Source of the DNA: Paramecium tetraurelia
Taxonomy: Eukaryota
Direction of reading: 5' to 3'
Assembly (NCBI GenBank): GCA_000165425.1
Contig: CT868072.1
Span: 62,001 to 126,000 of the forward strand
Length of the DNA: 64,000 bases
Positions 1 to 13,328 of this stretch are shown here, in pieces; the first letter of the stretch is position 1, and the number at the start of each line of letters is the position of its first letter. The position numbers and the translations under genes are program-made. The notes below the pieces were generated by a model. That model was given only the letters and a program-made list of their open reading frames with translations. It was not told where the DNA came from and searched no databases.

Positions 1-2351
1 AAATCCAGTCAATAAAAATCTCATATCTTTGTTATCTTAAAGATGTTCTATAGCTTTAAATTCTCCACTTTCAACCTGTTCTTTAATTTCCAATTTCTTT
101 TATCTCAAAAGCATTTTCAACTCTTCTTTAGTGAAATCTTTGTATTTGGCTGATGGATCATTACTAGGAGGTAAATTGTCCACATTCATATCAATAGTAT
201 AAAGACTAACTGGGATGTTGGAACCCTTGACACAAACTCTGTCAATGTGTCTGATATATTCTTGGAATTCAGGTGAGAAATGCTCATAAAGTGATTCAGA
301 AATCAAAATGGGCACACCATATTGTTTAGTAGCTGCTTCTAGTCTTGATGCCATATTCACATTGGGACTCAAGTAAGAAGCATCAATTTTATAGTTGGAT
401 CCAATGGCTCCTTCGATTCCCCATCCCATGTGGAGTCCAAACCCTATCTTGACCTTGTAATTGTCCATTCTCGCTTAAAGTCTTTTATCTTGTCTGTAAG
501 CGAGGATCTTGGGTTCTCTGTTTATTTTGCATTGAATCTTCATAAACGAGATCAAGGCACAATCAGACAAGGTTGAAATATATCTATGATTAGAATAATC
601 AATTACTATTTGTCATGCCAAATTACATTGTCATCTTCAAAAGAATATGTTTCTGGTCTAGTTTTCCACACCAATAAAAATGCATCGCCAATATTCTTGT
701 TTGCTGCTCCCATGTATCTATCGACCATGGTGTGTACAATGTCTCCAATATTATTCACAAACACCATGACATCCTCTTAAAGTACTTCGGTTGCATCAGT
801 GAAATTTCTGATATCACAAAATCCATAGATAGCTACTTTTTTTATTCCAGGCAACATGGGATCGACATCTCCTTACTTTTTCATATTTATTCTAATAATT
901 TCAGTACCAGCATCACCAAATCCTAAGGCAAGCAATGTTCCAATTTTAACAATTGTATTTTCAATCTTAACTGTTTCATTTGAGTTTTCATTCTGTATCA
1001 CAGCCATTTCTGTAACAATTTAAGGATCATTGGCTATTTTATTAATTTTTTCAATCATTCTTTCCAAGGGTCTCAATGCCAAATCATTAGAATCCTTTGA
1101 AAACATCATAGCTCCAAAAGTCAAGACTATGCTCACAAAGATAGTTCTGATAATTGATAAGATACTTGTCATCACAGCTGCTTATCTTGTACTCAAGATA
1201 CCCACAACATCAGGGTTGTCCTTGCTAAAAGAATATAATTTATTAAAATACTCGAAAGACGCAATGGCAGCATCAGGTAGATTAGTAGTTTTGATGAGAG
1301 TGTCATAATCTAAGGTGTATGCACCGACATCCTACTCGTCAGTTCTTAAATTTGGATAGTCATCATTCTAATAAATGGGGAAATCCTCATAATTGTAAAG
1401 GGGACTAGTGAACAACACAATGTAATTATCGATTCCACTATGATCAATGATAATTTATGAGTATGCATTTTTAACATCTTCATATGTTGAGGCTTCTGAT
1501 TCAGCAAGTTTTACAAATTATTAAGATTACATCAACATACTTGTTGGAGGAGACACAAAGTAATCCACAGAAAACAAGGGAATTAAAAACAATAAAGCCA
1601 AGACCACTATAATGACCTTCTTAGTAGTTGAATCTGATAGCATTTTTGAAACCTTCGATTCTTTAGTTTCTAGTTCCTCACCTTATCCAGGATTTTGTTA
1701 TTCAACTCTATCTTATAATTGTGGTTCCACTGCATTAGTCTTTCTTTTCTATCTTCTTTGTGAAAGCAATTTTTAAACTTTATCTTCGTCATCCTTGTTA
1801 GCAGATTTATAAACTTTAACCAACCTTATCAACCTCACCAACCTAACTACTCTACCCGCCTTAGTTCCCACTCTAGATGCTCTTCCTGCTCTTGCCAGGC
1901 CTGCTGTGTTTTTAGCTTAACCTCCAGCTCCACTCAATCCAACAGCCTAATTGAAAAGACTAATATCAAGCAATAAAGAAATTGTTGAAATTGTATCAAG
2001 CCAGAAGAAGAAGGACAGAAAGTATCCCTCTTTAACTATTACTGACAGTATGATTTCTGTAGAAAACATTATCTAAACCCATTAATAAAACTGTTTTTAC
2101 CAAACATGTAATGTTCAATGCATCAAAAACTATGTCTGCGCTTAACCGAAAAGCAGCAACTCTTACATCATCTCCAAAAAGAGCATACAGAGTCAGAATG
2201 TTGATTATTACTTAAAATAGGGTACTCTCCAGAATTATTTCAAAGATTGATGCACGATGAGAACTAGACTTATACACTTTTAGATTTACTTCTTTTCCAT
2301 TGTCTGTTGAAAGATGTCCACATCTGGTGGTGCTTGTGCCTAATCAGTCAT
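1..2351 (-). CDS. Ion-channel/adenylyl cyclase fusion protein (3' end runs off the window)
   Basis: Starts MTDQAQAPPD, with two short introns near the 5' end. It has TM segments, an S4-like RAGRVVRLVRLIRLVKVYK and a pore-like LLALGFGDAG. Class III cyclase motifs: GFCDIRNFTDATE, NKNIGDAFLLVW, GFGLHMGWGIEGAIGS..KIDASYLSPNVNMASRLEA. Confidence 0.93.
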
Positions 2352-3030
2352 ATTTAATTTTATATTTAATATTAACTTTATTATTCACATTCTTTTCTCC
2401 TTATCTCATCAATTCCCCATGCTAATTCAAATAACAATCTCACACAAAATATGCCTCATCCAATATTCCTGCCATTCTTGATTCTAGCACCTCACTAATC
2501 GTATATCTAGGGTATTAATACAACTTATTAATCATCACTTATCCGCCCTACCCACTAGACCGAGACAAGTACTGGTACATACTGATACATATTGACATAT
2601 ACTTGATTAGATTTAAGAACTAAAGATTTTAAATTCTATATTATTCACAATATAATTTAAGAAATATTTCATGCATTTTGATTTGCAGGAAAAAACGCAT
2701 AAAATTTAATATAATCCATTTTCTATTAAATCATCCCATTGAATTATAAATCTCATTATTATTGTCTTGATATTCTTAATAAACACCCTTTTATTCGTTT
2801 CCCATCTTCAATTCAATTTAAAGCTGGAAATCTAAGGTATTGTGTACTTTATCACAAATAATTTTTACAGGTTTGAATTTATTTCAAATAATTTAATTAT
2901 AATTAATAAGGTTTCTGTAATGAAATACAATTAGTTGCTAATAAGTTTAGCATGACTTGGGAAGATGCAATTTAATAAAGATATTAATAATATATTGATG
3001 AATAATATCATTTTCCCATTTATTGTTTTA

Positions 3031-4120
3031 TCATTATTATTTAATTCTTAAACGACTTGAATTGCCTCCTTCCCATTTGATTCCAAAACTATATTCATCA
3101 AGTTATGCAATTTCAAATTTATTGTTGTGAACTTTCGACCATGTATTCTTTGAATTACTGAATTTTTGATTTGATGTAGTCTAAGATTTTTTTATGCTGC
3201 CGGTCACTTATATTGGGTGATGGTATTAGTAGGTAATGAATTCTCCTGATGGATCGAAGTAAAGAGTCATATTCTTTAAAGTTACTACGGAATCCTTGAC
3301 TTATTAAATTCTAAAGTTTAATGAATCTCTTTTACCTTTATTCAACAGGAAGTCCAACTTATTGACTAGCTGCTACTGCTGGCTACAGTGCCTGAACTGG
3401 CTAAAGGTTTTAAAGGTTTGGTTAAGGATCATTTTAACTATTAAGAACTATTGATTAATATTTACAATCTAGGTTGCTATTGAATTGGGCTTTAGATTGG
3501 ATTACTATTGAGTTTATTTTGATTTTATGGATTATTTTGAATTATTTGTTAAGATGTTGTAAGTACCAAATTCAAAAAGGGATAATTCATAAAACTTCCA
3601 AGATATTAGTTTTGATCATCAGTCAATTGATTTCCTTCATGATCATATAGAATATTTGTTTCAACTGTCAGACCGTATTATAATCCCAATTAGATAACAT
3701 ACTTTTATACATTTCTATAATTACTTATCCAATACTTAGGTTTGGATCAGCATATTCCTAAGCTATTTATCTATTTTCACCGAAATCTGCTACAAAAGTG
3801 TTAACAGGTACACCTTGACCAGCAACAGGTACACCTTAACCAGCAACAGGATTCTAAAGTTCATTTTAAACAACATTTTAATCACCCCCTACCATTATAA
3901 ATAATTAAGCATTTGCATCATATATTGATTTTAGATCAACGGCAGGATCCAAGTACCCCTATTGACCATCTTGTAATTAAAATCCAATTTAAACATTTTA
4001 ACCCTAAAACCCTTAACTCAAATAATCAAACATTTCCTTTGCCTTAGCTGATTAATCATTTGTTTAAAATGGTATAGGTAACTCCATCTCAAAATTTCCA
4101 GCATAAAGTAGAAAATTCAT
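3031..4120 (-). CDS. Hypothetical protein, possible ubiquitin-like segments and Q/N-rich linker
   Basis: Reads MNFLLYAGNFEMELPIP...RLRIKQQ-TGA in code 6 with two short introns (23 and 25 nt). The segment DPNLSIGQYVIQLGLQYGLTVETNILYDHEGNQLTDDQNQYL looks UBL-like by eye. Confidence 0.65.
3803..3850. repeat. 21-bp coding tandem repeat (about 2.3 copies; PVAGQGV)
   Basis: aacaggtacaccttgaccagc / aacaggtacaccttaaccagc / aacagg. Confidence 0.9.
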
Positions 4121-4574
4121 CTATATGATAAATTTATTAATGTTTTCATGTGCCTTTTGTTTTGATTTATCGATCGATTGCTAATTCTATTAATCGAAAA
4201 AATCAATTATATTTATTCATAAACAATTACGATGAATACGATTGGGATGTTAAAATTAGTCTTAAAGGAAGAATTTTAAAGCAGCTCTTCGATTCAGATG
4301 GAAAAATACTTAAAGAAAGAGATTATTAATTTATGGTCAACTATTTGGATTAAATATTGCATAATAATTGATATAATATTTAATAAAATATAAATTCTTT
4401 TCCGCATATCTGAGAAACGAGAGATGATATGCTCTCCCTCAGGTTCATCTACAATTAGAATTAAGAAAATCTATATTTTAATTAATAACAAATTATGAAT
4501 AAAGTTTTTATTGGATTTTCTGAAATACAAAAAAGGCAAATAATATATGAGATTAATGTTGGATTGATATGAAA

Positions 4575-5391
4575 TCAATTTTTAATTTTCTATTTGATTT
4601 ACATTTGACTATGACATCTGCTTTTAATATTTTTCTTGCTGTCAATTTTCGAGGAATTAGCGAGACTGAACTATTTCCTATCTGATGTTTTAGTTTGTTG
4701 ATATGAGAGACTCAATAGATAATCGAATATAGAACAGCATTTTTAGATAGGGCTAGTTTTTTGTTTTGATAATTTTTTGAAGTTTAACATACTATTTAAG
4801 ACTAAGATATTTTGTGTTTTAAAATACCCTATTTGTTCTCCACAATTCCGGTTTAACATCTCTTGTGGGATGGCTTTTTATCTGAAGATTTTTTGAGTTG
4901 GACACTTGAGATAAGAACATTCTATTTATTGACATTAATGGTAGATTGTTTTAATTTTTAAGTTGTATTTTTTGACTTTTCTAATCTAATTGGGGATGTA
5001 TTTTTGGTGAATAAATCGATAGCATTCATGGATCTGCGACGTTAGAACATTTGTGGTTCAATGATGAGTTAACTCTAAAGTGTTGGAAGGTAGATAATAA
5101 CATAAATTTTTACTTCATTCAATTAAAATTGATGTTGACTTCTATCAGTAAGTAAACTCAATTCATGAGATTCAATTAAGAGATTCGAGAAGTCGTAACT
5201 AAATGTTTTCTTTTAACATTTTGAACATTGAATCCAATATTTGTTTTATAATTAGCTTTTGATACAAATAGGATAAACAAATACCTTTATTGTAATTGCT
5301 TATTTTTATTTGTGCATTTGAGACAGATGTGATGAGAGCAAATCAATTGAATCAACGCTGTATTTTTCAAGCAAAGTTGACATGTTTGCAT
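4575..5391 (-). CDS. N-terminal RING-finger (C3HC4-like) protein
   Basis: MQTCQLCLKNTALIQLICSHHICLKC...WIQCSKCQK, followed by a low-complexity basic tail ending KIKN-TGA. Confidence 0.75.
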
Positions 5392-5457
5392 TTATTTGTA
5401 ATAATTTCTTTTTATAAATACATAAATGATTATTTGTAATGTACTTAAATTATAAAC

Positions 5458-5964
5458 TCATTTCTTAGCTGGAGCTTTCTTTTAGGCTTATGGCTTATCT
5501 GCAGCAGCAGCAGCGGCAGCAGCTTTTTGGGCAGCCACGACTTAGGCGTTGACAGTGAAGATGTATTGTTTGGAGTTTTAATCACCGACTGGAACCAATA
5601 AACCTGATTTTGTGAAGTGTCTGATGCATCTTCTGGCTAAAGAACTAGATTTATGATTAGGGAAGCATAATTACCCATTTACTTTGAATTTATCTGACAC
5701 TGTTGAGACTGTGACCAATGCACCCATTTTTGGCAATTGAGTCTCGATTTATTTATAGGATGCTTAATCTAAAAATACGGCGTTGTTCAACTTATCCTTT
5801 GCTCTGCCCTTGGTCCATTTCTATTGTGCATAATCAATATGGATGTAATACCTTCTTTGTTTAATTACTTCTTTGTGATGCAGCTTTAGAAATCTAATCC
5901 TTGGTTTTCTTTTAACCTTAAGTTGGTTGTTTTCCCTATTGAATATTAAGAGAAGTATTACCAT
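5458..5964 (-). CDS. RPS25: 40S ribosomal protein S25 (eS25)
   Basis: KKKWTKGRAKDKLNNAVFLD..VTVSTVSDKFKVNGSLARRCIRHF, with an Ala-rich tail. Three short introns, the first immediately after the ATG. Confidence 0.96.
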
Positions 5965-6012
5965 GATTTCAAATCTTTAATAAAAATTTTGAAAAAAATT
6001 TAATATCAATTA

Positions 6013-6443
6013 ATGCAGCAATAAGTCACCACAGTCCACACAGATAAATTCAAAGCCATTGGTCCCTATTCGGCTGGTAAAATCGTTGCTCCAACTGCCA
6101 ATCTAGTCTATTTGTCAGGTCAATTGGGTATCGTTCCAGAGGTAAATACTTAAAAATCTATATATAATAGACAGGAAATCTGATTTCCGAAGATGTGGCA
6201 GAATAAGCAACCCAAGCTATGACCAATGTGGGAATCTTGTTGGAAGCATCCAAGTCTAGCTATAAGAATGTCGTCAAATGCATTGTTTATCTGGTCGATA
6301 TGGCTGACTTTGCAAAGGTCAACGAAGCCTATGCCAAATTCTTTGATGGAGATTACCCAGCCAGAGTTTGCATTGCAGTCAAATAATTACCCAAAGGTGG
6401 TTTAGTGGAAGTCGAAGTCATTGCGGTTTAGGATACAGAATGA
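6013..6443 (+). CDS. ridA: RidA/YjgF/UK114 family imine deaminase
   Basis: AIGPYSAG..VYLSGQLG..VVKCIVYLVDMADFAKVNEAYAKFF..PARVCIAVKQLPKGGLVEVEVIA; one intron. Confidence 0.95.
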
Positions 6444-6695
6444 TCAAGAATATATTGCATAAAAAATTGTATAAAAAGGATATTAGTTTAAATAATATTA
6501 GTTAAACTAAAGACTTTTCTATTCTTATTGGCCTAACCCTATTGGGATATCAAATTATTAAGAAACAGAGGCGGTTCATCACTTATCAAAAAAAGACACA
6601 AATAAAAAATGAATATTCCTTATGATTTATCCCTTTCAGATTTATAAACCAGATTTTCGTGTTATCTATATGATATTTTTTAATAAAATAAATTA

Positions 6696-8493
6696 ATGAT
6701 GAAAGGAAGTTAATAAAGTGTTCTCTTGAAAGAGTTAAAAGAAATTCCTATATATTCTGATAACTGGTTTTGGAAACTTCGAATGAGAAATCAAGCACTG
6801 CTTTAATTTTCGATTATTTTTGTCCTAATGCTAGGAGTGGTTTTAGGAATTTATTTAGTCAATATGGCAATAATTGTTCCACTTTTAGAATAATCTTCAT
6901 TCGAGATTTATAATAGTAATGCAAAACATACATTGCAAAGTCATTTAAGAAGCTATGACGGCATTCTTAATGGAATTTTTAATATAAGTAATATTTTAAA
7001 TTAATTAAGATATTCACTAATTGGAGATACTCCATTAAATTTATACTTAGTCATACAGAAACTTAGAAAAATAGGATAATATTACATTGGATTATAGAGC
7101 GCATATGAATTATGCAGGTACAAATTAAATGCCTCAAATACTTGTAAATTAGCCATCTGGTTCTTTGCAAAAGACACATTCATTTATGTGTTACACGAAC
7201 AAAACCAACATAACATATCCAATGGACAAGGTTACCTTAATAAATTTAAAGATTTAAGAAACAATGTATCCTATAGGTCACATATTGGATGCAACCAAAT
7301 TAAACATCAAATCTCTTTTCTACGTAGGGACCCTAGAGGAACCCTAGGTATACTTCTCATATCCTTGCACCAATTTTAAATAAGCTATTTATGGCTTAAA
7401 CATTCCGAAACGACCCTGGTTTTTAAAAGGAATAAGTATTTATAATCAATCAAATTTCAGTGATTACGATTATTAATTTACTGATCCCTTTCTTTGTAAC
7501 TTAATTATAATAATATTTATATAGAATTCACCAAAGACAAAATCGAAGTAACCTTGGTCATGCCTTTGCTTGATAAAGATCTTAATTTGAAAGGAGTCAT
7601 GGCTTCAGATTTAGGAACAGATCTCAACAGGTTTGTAGTTAGAACTGATCAGAATGTCCATATGGTCCTATTGGCCAATGACAAGGGTTTGCTCATTTAT
7701 CACAGTTACAATGTTAGTTTATCTCTCCTTCCAATTTATATCTTCAATACATCACTAACAGGATTTACAATGGATGACTGGACTTCGATAAAAGGTACCA
7801 AATAGAGCAATTGCTCATCGTATCCTAAGAATTCGAGTTTGATTTGCCGTTACAATAGTGTGTATGATAAGGATCTGGTGATTACAATTCACGAAATCAA
7901 GAAATTCAATTATCTCTTTATGATGTAAGTAGTTAACTTCAATCTAGTTAAGATTCCATGACACCAATGACTATACTGATTATCAAGTTAAATCAACCAA
8001 GGAGATGTTGAACAAACTTTAAACGGATGCAATTCAATTTCTGCAAATCGCCATAGGAATATTCCTTGCAGCCATGTTTATCGCCATCTGCATCCTTATT
8101 TTAATCTTTTATCCCATTTAGAACATCATCGACAATTGTCATTATATCATGGGTATAAAGAATAAATAAAATGTGCATAAGAATATTCTACTAACCAAAT
8201 TCTTTATCCCCTTTTTGAATCCTCAATTATAGATGCTCTATTTAGCCTACACCAATTTGGTGAAAAGGTTTTTGTCCTTGTCGCAATCAAAAGGGACTCT
8301 TTGTAAAACCTTAGAGGCATTGCAATATCCCAAAAAGATCAAATAGAAGGCTCATCTTTCTCTAAATCGATACTTGAAGAAATGCCTAAACCTAATAGAA
8401 ACAAACAAAATGGTATACATGGCTCCATTTCACCTTCCATCTTAGTTAATGGGAAGATTTGTTGAGAAGTTGCTAATGACATTCTACTAATGA
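6696..8493 (+). CDS. Two-TM membrane protein with extracellular Cache-like domain
   Basis: N-terminal TM (FSIIFVLMLGVVLGIYLV), Cache-like KRPWF..TDPF..LVMPLLDKDLNLKGVMASDL..VLLANDKGLLIYH, a second TM near 8040-8110, a short cytosolic tail, and several introns. Confidence 0.75.
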
Positions 8494-8516
8494 TAATAAT
8501 TATATGATAATAATTT

Positions 8517-9605
8517 TCATGAAGATGCTGCTGGTTGTTCTTCAATTAAAGGTTGATATTAATCCAACTATTGTTATTGCTATTACTATTATTATTATTG
8601 TAGTTATTATTATTGTTAATCACCGCCTAAATAGGTATTAACAACTTCAGTTCCATATTTCTTTTAAACTATTTGTTTTGTTCCATTGCCAATAGAACTT
8701 CCTACTTAACATAGGGCTGTGCCTAATCCTGAAAGAGCAGTGCCTGCTGCATCCCAAGTAGCTGAAGTCAATTGTTTGCTCTACTTCAAAACTAAGAATA
8801 GATATTATATTCTATTTACTATTGTTCTATGAGTTATCTATTTTCTGTCCTAATTCATTGGTCAATTCTTTGGTCTTTGCTGCCACTGGCTTAAATAATT
8901 AACCCAGATAGGTTCCAGTAACATCAAACACTTCACTAACCTTTTCTTTGGTTGACTAAAATTTGGTCTTTGTATTTGGATCAACTTAAACTTCTTAGCC
9001 TGGCTAAATTTTATCATTCAAATATTGAGTCCCTTTGTTTATTCCTGTTGCCATCACGGTGCCCAAGAACAAGAATCCCTTCTTTAGATAGCTAGAGATG
9101 AATAGAATAATGAAATTTACTCTCCTCCCTTGACAATGTAGGATGCAGCATCATTAGGATTATCCAAAGGGTTGGTAGCGATGTCTTTGGAATGCAGTTC
9201 AATGGTGTCTTTGAATTGCTATATTTGCATAGCCTAATCAAATGGGACCATGGACACAACTGTGTTTAAGGCTGCGTGGAATACATTCAATAAGTCACTT
9301 TGTGGAATAAAGATTCCATTTAAACCTAAAACATATTTTGGTTTTCACTGGTTACCTTGGTCTATGTGAGGGAATATAAGTGTCAATCCAGATTCAGATT
9401 GTATGTATACGAAAGGAGTGCCAGGAACAATGTTCTGACAGAATTTCTCAATAGTAATGAAATGGGTTTTTGAATCTTAAAATTAGGCCAACTTTACAGT
9501 GCCTTAGAAAACCTTAGTTCTGGAGTTTTGTATCAATCTGAAGAATTGAGCATTTTCTGCAATCGAAACCACTTGTGCCATTTCTCTAGGTTGTTCTTCT
9601 TGCAT
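8517..9605 (-). CDS. Spartin/senescence-domain-like protein
   Basis: AASYIVKGG..YLKKGFLFLGTVMATGINKG..ATWDAAGTALSGLGTALCQVGSSIGNGTKQIVQKKYGTEV resembles the senescence domain. The poly-Q tail is encoded by TAA/TAG/CAA. Confidence 0.75.
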
Positions 9606-9637
9606 ATTTAATATTTAAAATAATAGATACGTGTAAA

Positions 9638-10355
9638 ATGAGAATTATAGCAATGTACCTCCTGAAATACCATCCTGAAAATCCTCTGTTCGTTTCCTAG
9701 AATTATGAGTTGTCGTTTGTGAAGTATAGATTCGGCATAATATTTTGATAGTTGGTTTTAGCGTCCATTCTTTAAAGAAACTCTCAATTTCGGAGCAAGA
9801 ACATGTGCAGCGTATTCCATATAGTTTATAACTTTAATAGACGAGCAAAACCTGGTACCAGATGTGCAGTCACTAACCAAGAGGCTCATGCGGTGTCCTA
9901 TATATGCATTGACAAAAATAATCTAGCAGCTCTTGTTATTGCAGATGATTAATACCCTGAAAAAGTAGCATTTATGGTTATTCAAAACATGTACTAAGAA
10001 TACTATCGCCAATACAATTCCATGTTCTTGGACACCATAGTCGGTATTCATCATATTTTATCATTTTTACAGCTGATCAAAACTTAAATATTCCAAAATT
10101 CGAAGAATTCATCAAACTCTATCAAGATCCAAAGGAGGTTGACAAATTACTCAAGATTGAGAATACTCTTAATGAGGTTACTATGATAGTGCATTAGTCT
10201 CTTGATGATGTAGGTCTCTTCTATAAAATTAGCTTTTAAAAAGAGGAGAGACATTGGAATCATTGATGGCCAAATCGAAAGACATGAGTAGTGTGAGTTT
10301 GGACTTCTACAAAAATGCTAAAAAAACAAATAACAAATGTTGTAGTTTGTATTGA
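9638..10355 (+). CDS. YKT6: Longin R-SNARE Ykt6
   Basis: Longin YELSFVNWFQRPFFKETLNF..VIADDQYPEKVAF, then YQDPKEVDKLLKIE..LLKRGETLESLMAKSKDMS, and a C-terminal CCaaX (KCCSLY-TGA). Confidence 0.94.
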
Positions 10356-10400
10356 ATGACAATTTATATCTATATTGAATTTTTAATATCTATATTGATC

Positions 10401-10791
10401 TCATAATGCTGCAGCCTGTGAAGCCATTTCCTTTGCCTTGGCTTCGTTATTGCCCAAGAATGTTGATATTTGCTTGCCTTTATGGAATAAATACACAGCT
10501 GGAATTCCTTAACTCTAAAATACTTCATTTAAGTCCTTACTGCATATGTGGATGAAATCTGTTGTAATTCCTCAATGTCAACGTTGACCACTGCCAATTC
10601 CCATTTTCCTTGGCCTTCTTCGTGAAACTTGTGGAGTTTGGGTTTTAACACCTTGCATGGTCCACACCTAAGAGTATAAGCGATTTAAAATACCAATCAG
10701 CATAGAAATCGACAATGACAGGCTTTGGATTGTTAAGCACGAGTGCATCCCAATCATTTTGTGTCTTGACTGCTAGAGTATGATCTTACAT
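10401..10791 (-). CDS. Thioredoxin
   Basis: PVIVDFYADW|CGPCKVLKP (active site split by a 26-nt intron) and cis-Pro motif GIPAVYLF. Confidence 0.94.
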
Positions 10792-10906
10792 TTGAACAAT
10801 AAAAAAATTAATATTTTTCACACTTTATTTTTATTAGCATTTAAAGTCCTCAATGATTAAAACAAAAACAAATCTCAAACAATTTTAATTAAAAATACAT
10901 ATGTTC

Positions 10907-12185
10907 TCATTCTCCAGAATATTCTAAATTCTTATTGTCCGTAACAAATATTTTGAATAGGTCAGATATTTAAAAAATAGAGACCACTCTTTATTCGTTA
11001 TCCAAACACACCAAACTACCTCGAGGGGATAATAACAGATTTTCGACAACCTATAAATATTATTAGTTCCAAATACTTGCTTAATGGTTTGATTAAAGGT
11101 GAATTACTATTTGTTTCTGATGTAATAGGCCAAATATTTAGAATCTTCGGTTTTGATCAGTGATAAAAACTTCTCAGCTGTAGATGCTAACTATTTAATA
11201 GGATATTATATCATTTACTATATCGAACATCTAATATTTCAAAATAAATACGAAATCTCGTCTATCAATCAACCCCAAATATTTATTGTTCTTATCTACA
11301 ATGGCTATGGTATTCCTTTTGTAAATGTAAATTAATTTATAAAATAGACTATTAATACTATTCAAAGTGATACTCATAAACAGGTATATCTGCTGGTAGA
11401 GTGAATTGTAATTTTGTAACTTCCTCCTTAAAATACTCCATCTGCAATTCATGCTATTCATAATGAACATTCGTTGTTTTATTTTAGTGCTTCTTCAAAG
11501 CAAAATACTAGCTAAACCCCTTCACGAGGAAACTAAGGATGTCTTTCTGTTGAATGATTCCAGAGACCATTTTCGATTCCTTCTCTATCACAATGATTCT
11601 GGTAATGTTTTCGGTAATAAATTTTTGGCACACATCGTTCAAATTTTCATCCAATTCTGCTTTTATCAGACAATTCTAATGCAGATTCTCACCAACACTG
11701 TTAAACCAAGTCTTGATGGAAATATTCTTGAAGTCTTGTAATAATTGATTGAATTAATCGATTGTCAATCTCCCATATATGGTTCTCTTGATTGGCGAAT
11801 AAGACTCGTCTTCATTCTCCATTTCAATAATGGCTGCTATATTATTAGTCGTCCAAACTATCTAAAAATAGATTTATAGTAAATTACTATTCGGAATATC
11901 ATACAGAACATTGTAATAGCATTTCAAAACTGACTTGATGAGATCTGTCTAGGTAAACACTCCGTCGTAGTTAGCTATCTCCTGATTCCAAAACAAAACC
12001 TCGTCAACATGGGAGTCAATAAATATCTTGAAAGTATCAAAAAGAGACAATGTCATATCAACAACAGAAACCTGATTGTTTATCGATAAACAATCATAAA
12101 CACTACTATCGCGCAAGAAGTAAGTCAAAGTGGTCACATATTCTTCCTTTAACAAGTCTTCTTTGCTGGGCTGACTACGTTTCAT
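10907..12185 (-). CDS. CBS-domain protein (AMPK/SNF4 gamma-like)
   Basis: FLRDSSVYDCLSINNQVSVVDMTLSLFDTF..YDGVFTQTDLI, RNTIAIVDKNNKYLGLIDRRDF and VVSIFQISDLF; ends YSGE-TGA. Confidence 0.82.
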
Positions 12186-12370
12186 ATTAAAATATATTTA
12201 TTATTGTAATCAATGTGCAAAGTTCACATTTTTCTTACGTAATATTAATAAATTAAACATGTGCTTAGTTTAAACTATTATTTGAATTATTAATCAATCA
12301 TTAGGATATCTTGGATTAATCGAGAGAATGCAATCGCATATGTGTATTTTAGTTTATATAATTTAATAAA

Positions 12371-12927
12371 ATGCTAGAGAGTCTTAAGAAATCAGCCATT
12401 AATCTTCTCATATCCTAGGATGACTAAGCCTAATTTTATGAATACAAATACTTTATTGGGTAATTCAATCCCAAGAATGATCAAGATAAGTGAATAATAT
12501 TATTTGCACATAAGGAGTTTGTGATCAAAATCCAATAGCGTTATTTCACTTATCAATGTGCTGGATTATGCTTTGCCGCTTATATCATGTTTGCCTATCG
12601 AAGAATGTTGAGTGGTGGTGTACTATCTCCACTTACCAAGATCACCGTAGATCTAACCCTATTATCAGCCTCCCTATTGTAGTATTTGATTCATAATAAA
12701 GTCTATCATCCAAAATAGGAGTCACTTCTGTCATGAGGGATCTAGTGCCTTTGCGTAAGAAATTGCTAAATGAACCAGATGTTGATTATTTGAGACATCT
12801 TCTTAGTAAATATAAGAAGTTTGATTTTTACAAAGAGAACGAATTCACATTATATCATGATGTGTTGACAACATCTGAATTCAAGGAATGGAAGGAGTTA
12901 CACAAATTTGATGTAACCAAATTCTGA
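12371..12927 (+). CDS. Small two-TM hypothetical protein; the best frame contains an in-frame TGA at 12491
   Basis: MLESLKKSAINLL..NDQDK*IILFAHKEF..CAGLCFAAYIMFAY..LTLLSASLF|LSSKIGVTSVMRDLVPLRKK..DVTKF-TGA. The exon structure is ambiguous. Confidence 0.6.
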
Positions 12928-13328
12928 GTATATAAAAGAATGAATTATTAATCATTTGATTTCTTTCCTTAATAAATTCTGTTATTGCTAACTCTTAGAT
13001 TCTCCAAATGACTGAGTTCCTACTTCATCAAACATTCACTAAATTTTTAATGAATGGTGGGAATATTAAAATAATTAAGTGATATTTCGTGGAAATAATT
13101 TAAATGTCTTACAATATAAAATTATTATTGAGTACCAATTAAATTGATTAATTCATCTGATTTTAATGTTAGTTTATCCAAAAAATCGCTTAAACACATA
13201 CATGATTGACATTTTTATTGAAATATTACTTTATATATGTATGATTAATCAATTAGTAAAGATTTATCAATTCATATTCAAATCATTCTAGATCTCAAAT
13301 TAGCTAATTTAAATTATTAAACATAAAA

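Noticed and set aside
2390..2680. Moderately GC-rich stretch upstream of the adenylyl cyclase, possibly a small gene or extra 5' exon
   Set aside because: The frames I tried hit TGA and show no recognisable motif. The cyclase already has a good ATG at 2351.
4230..4500. Possible plus-strand ORF between two minus-strand genes
   Set aside because: No motif or intron support; ORFs of this length arise by chance with a single stop codon.
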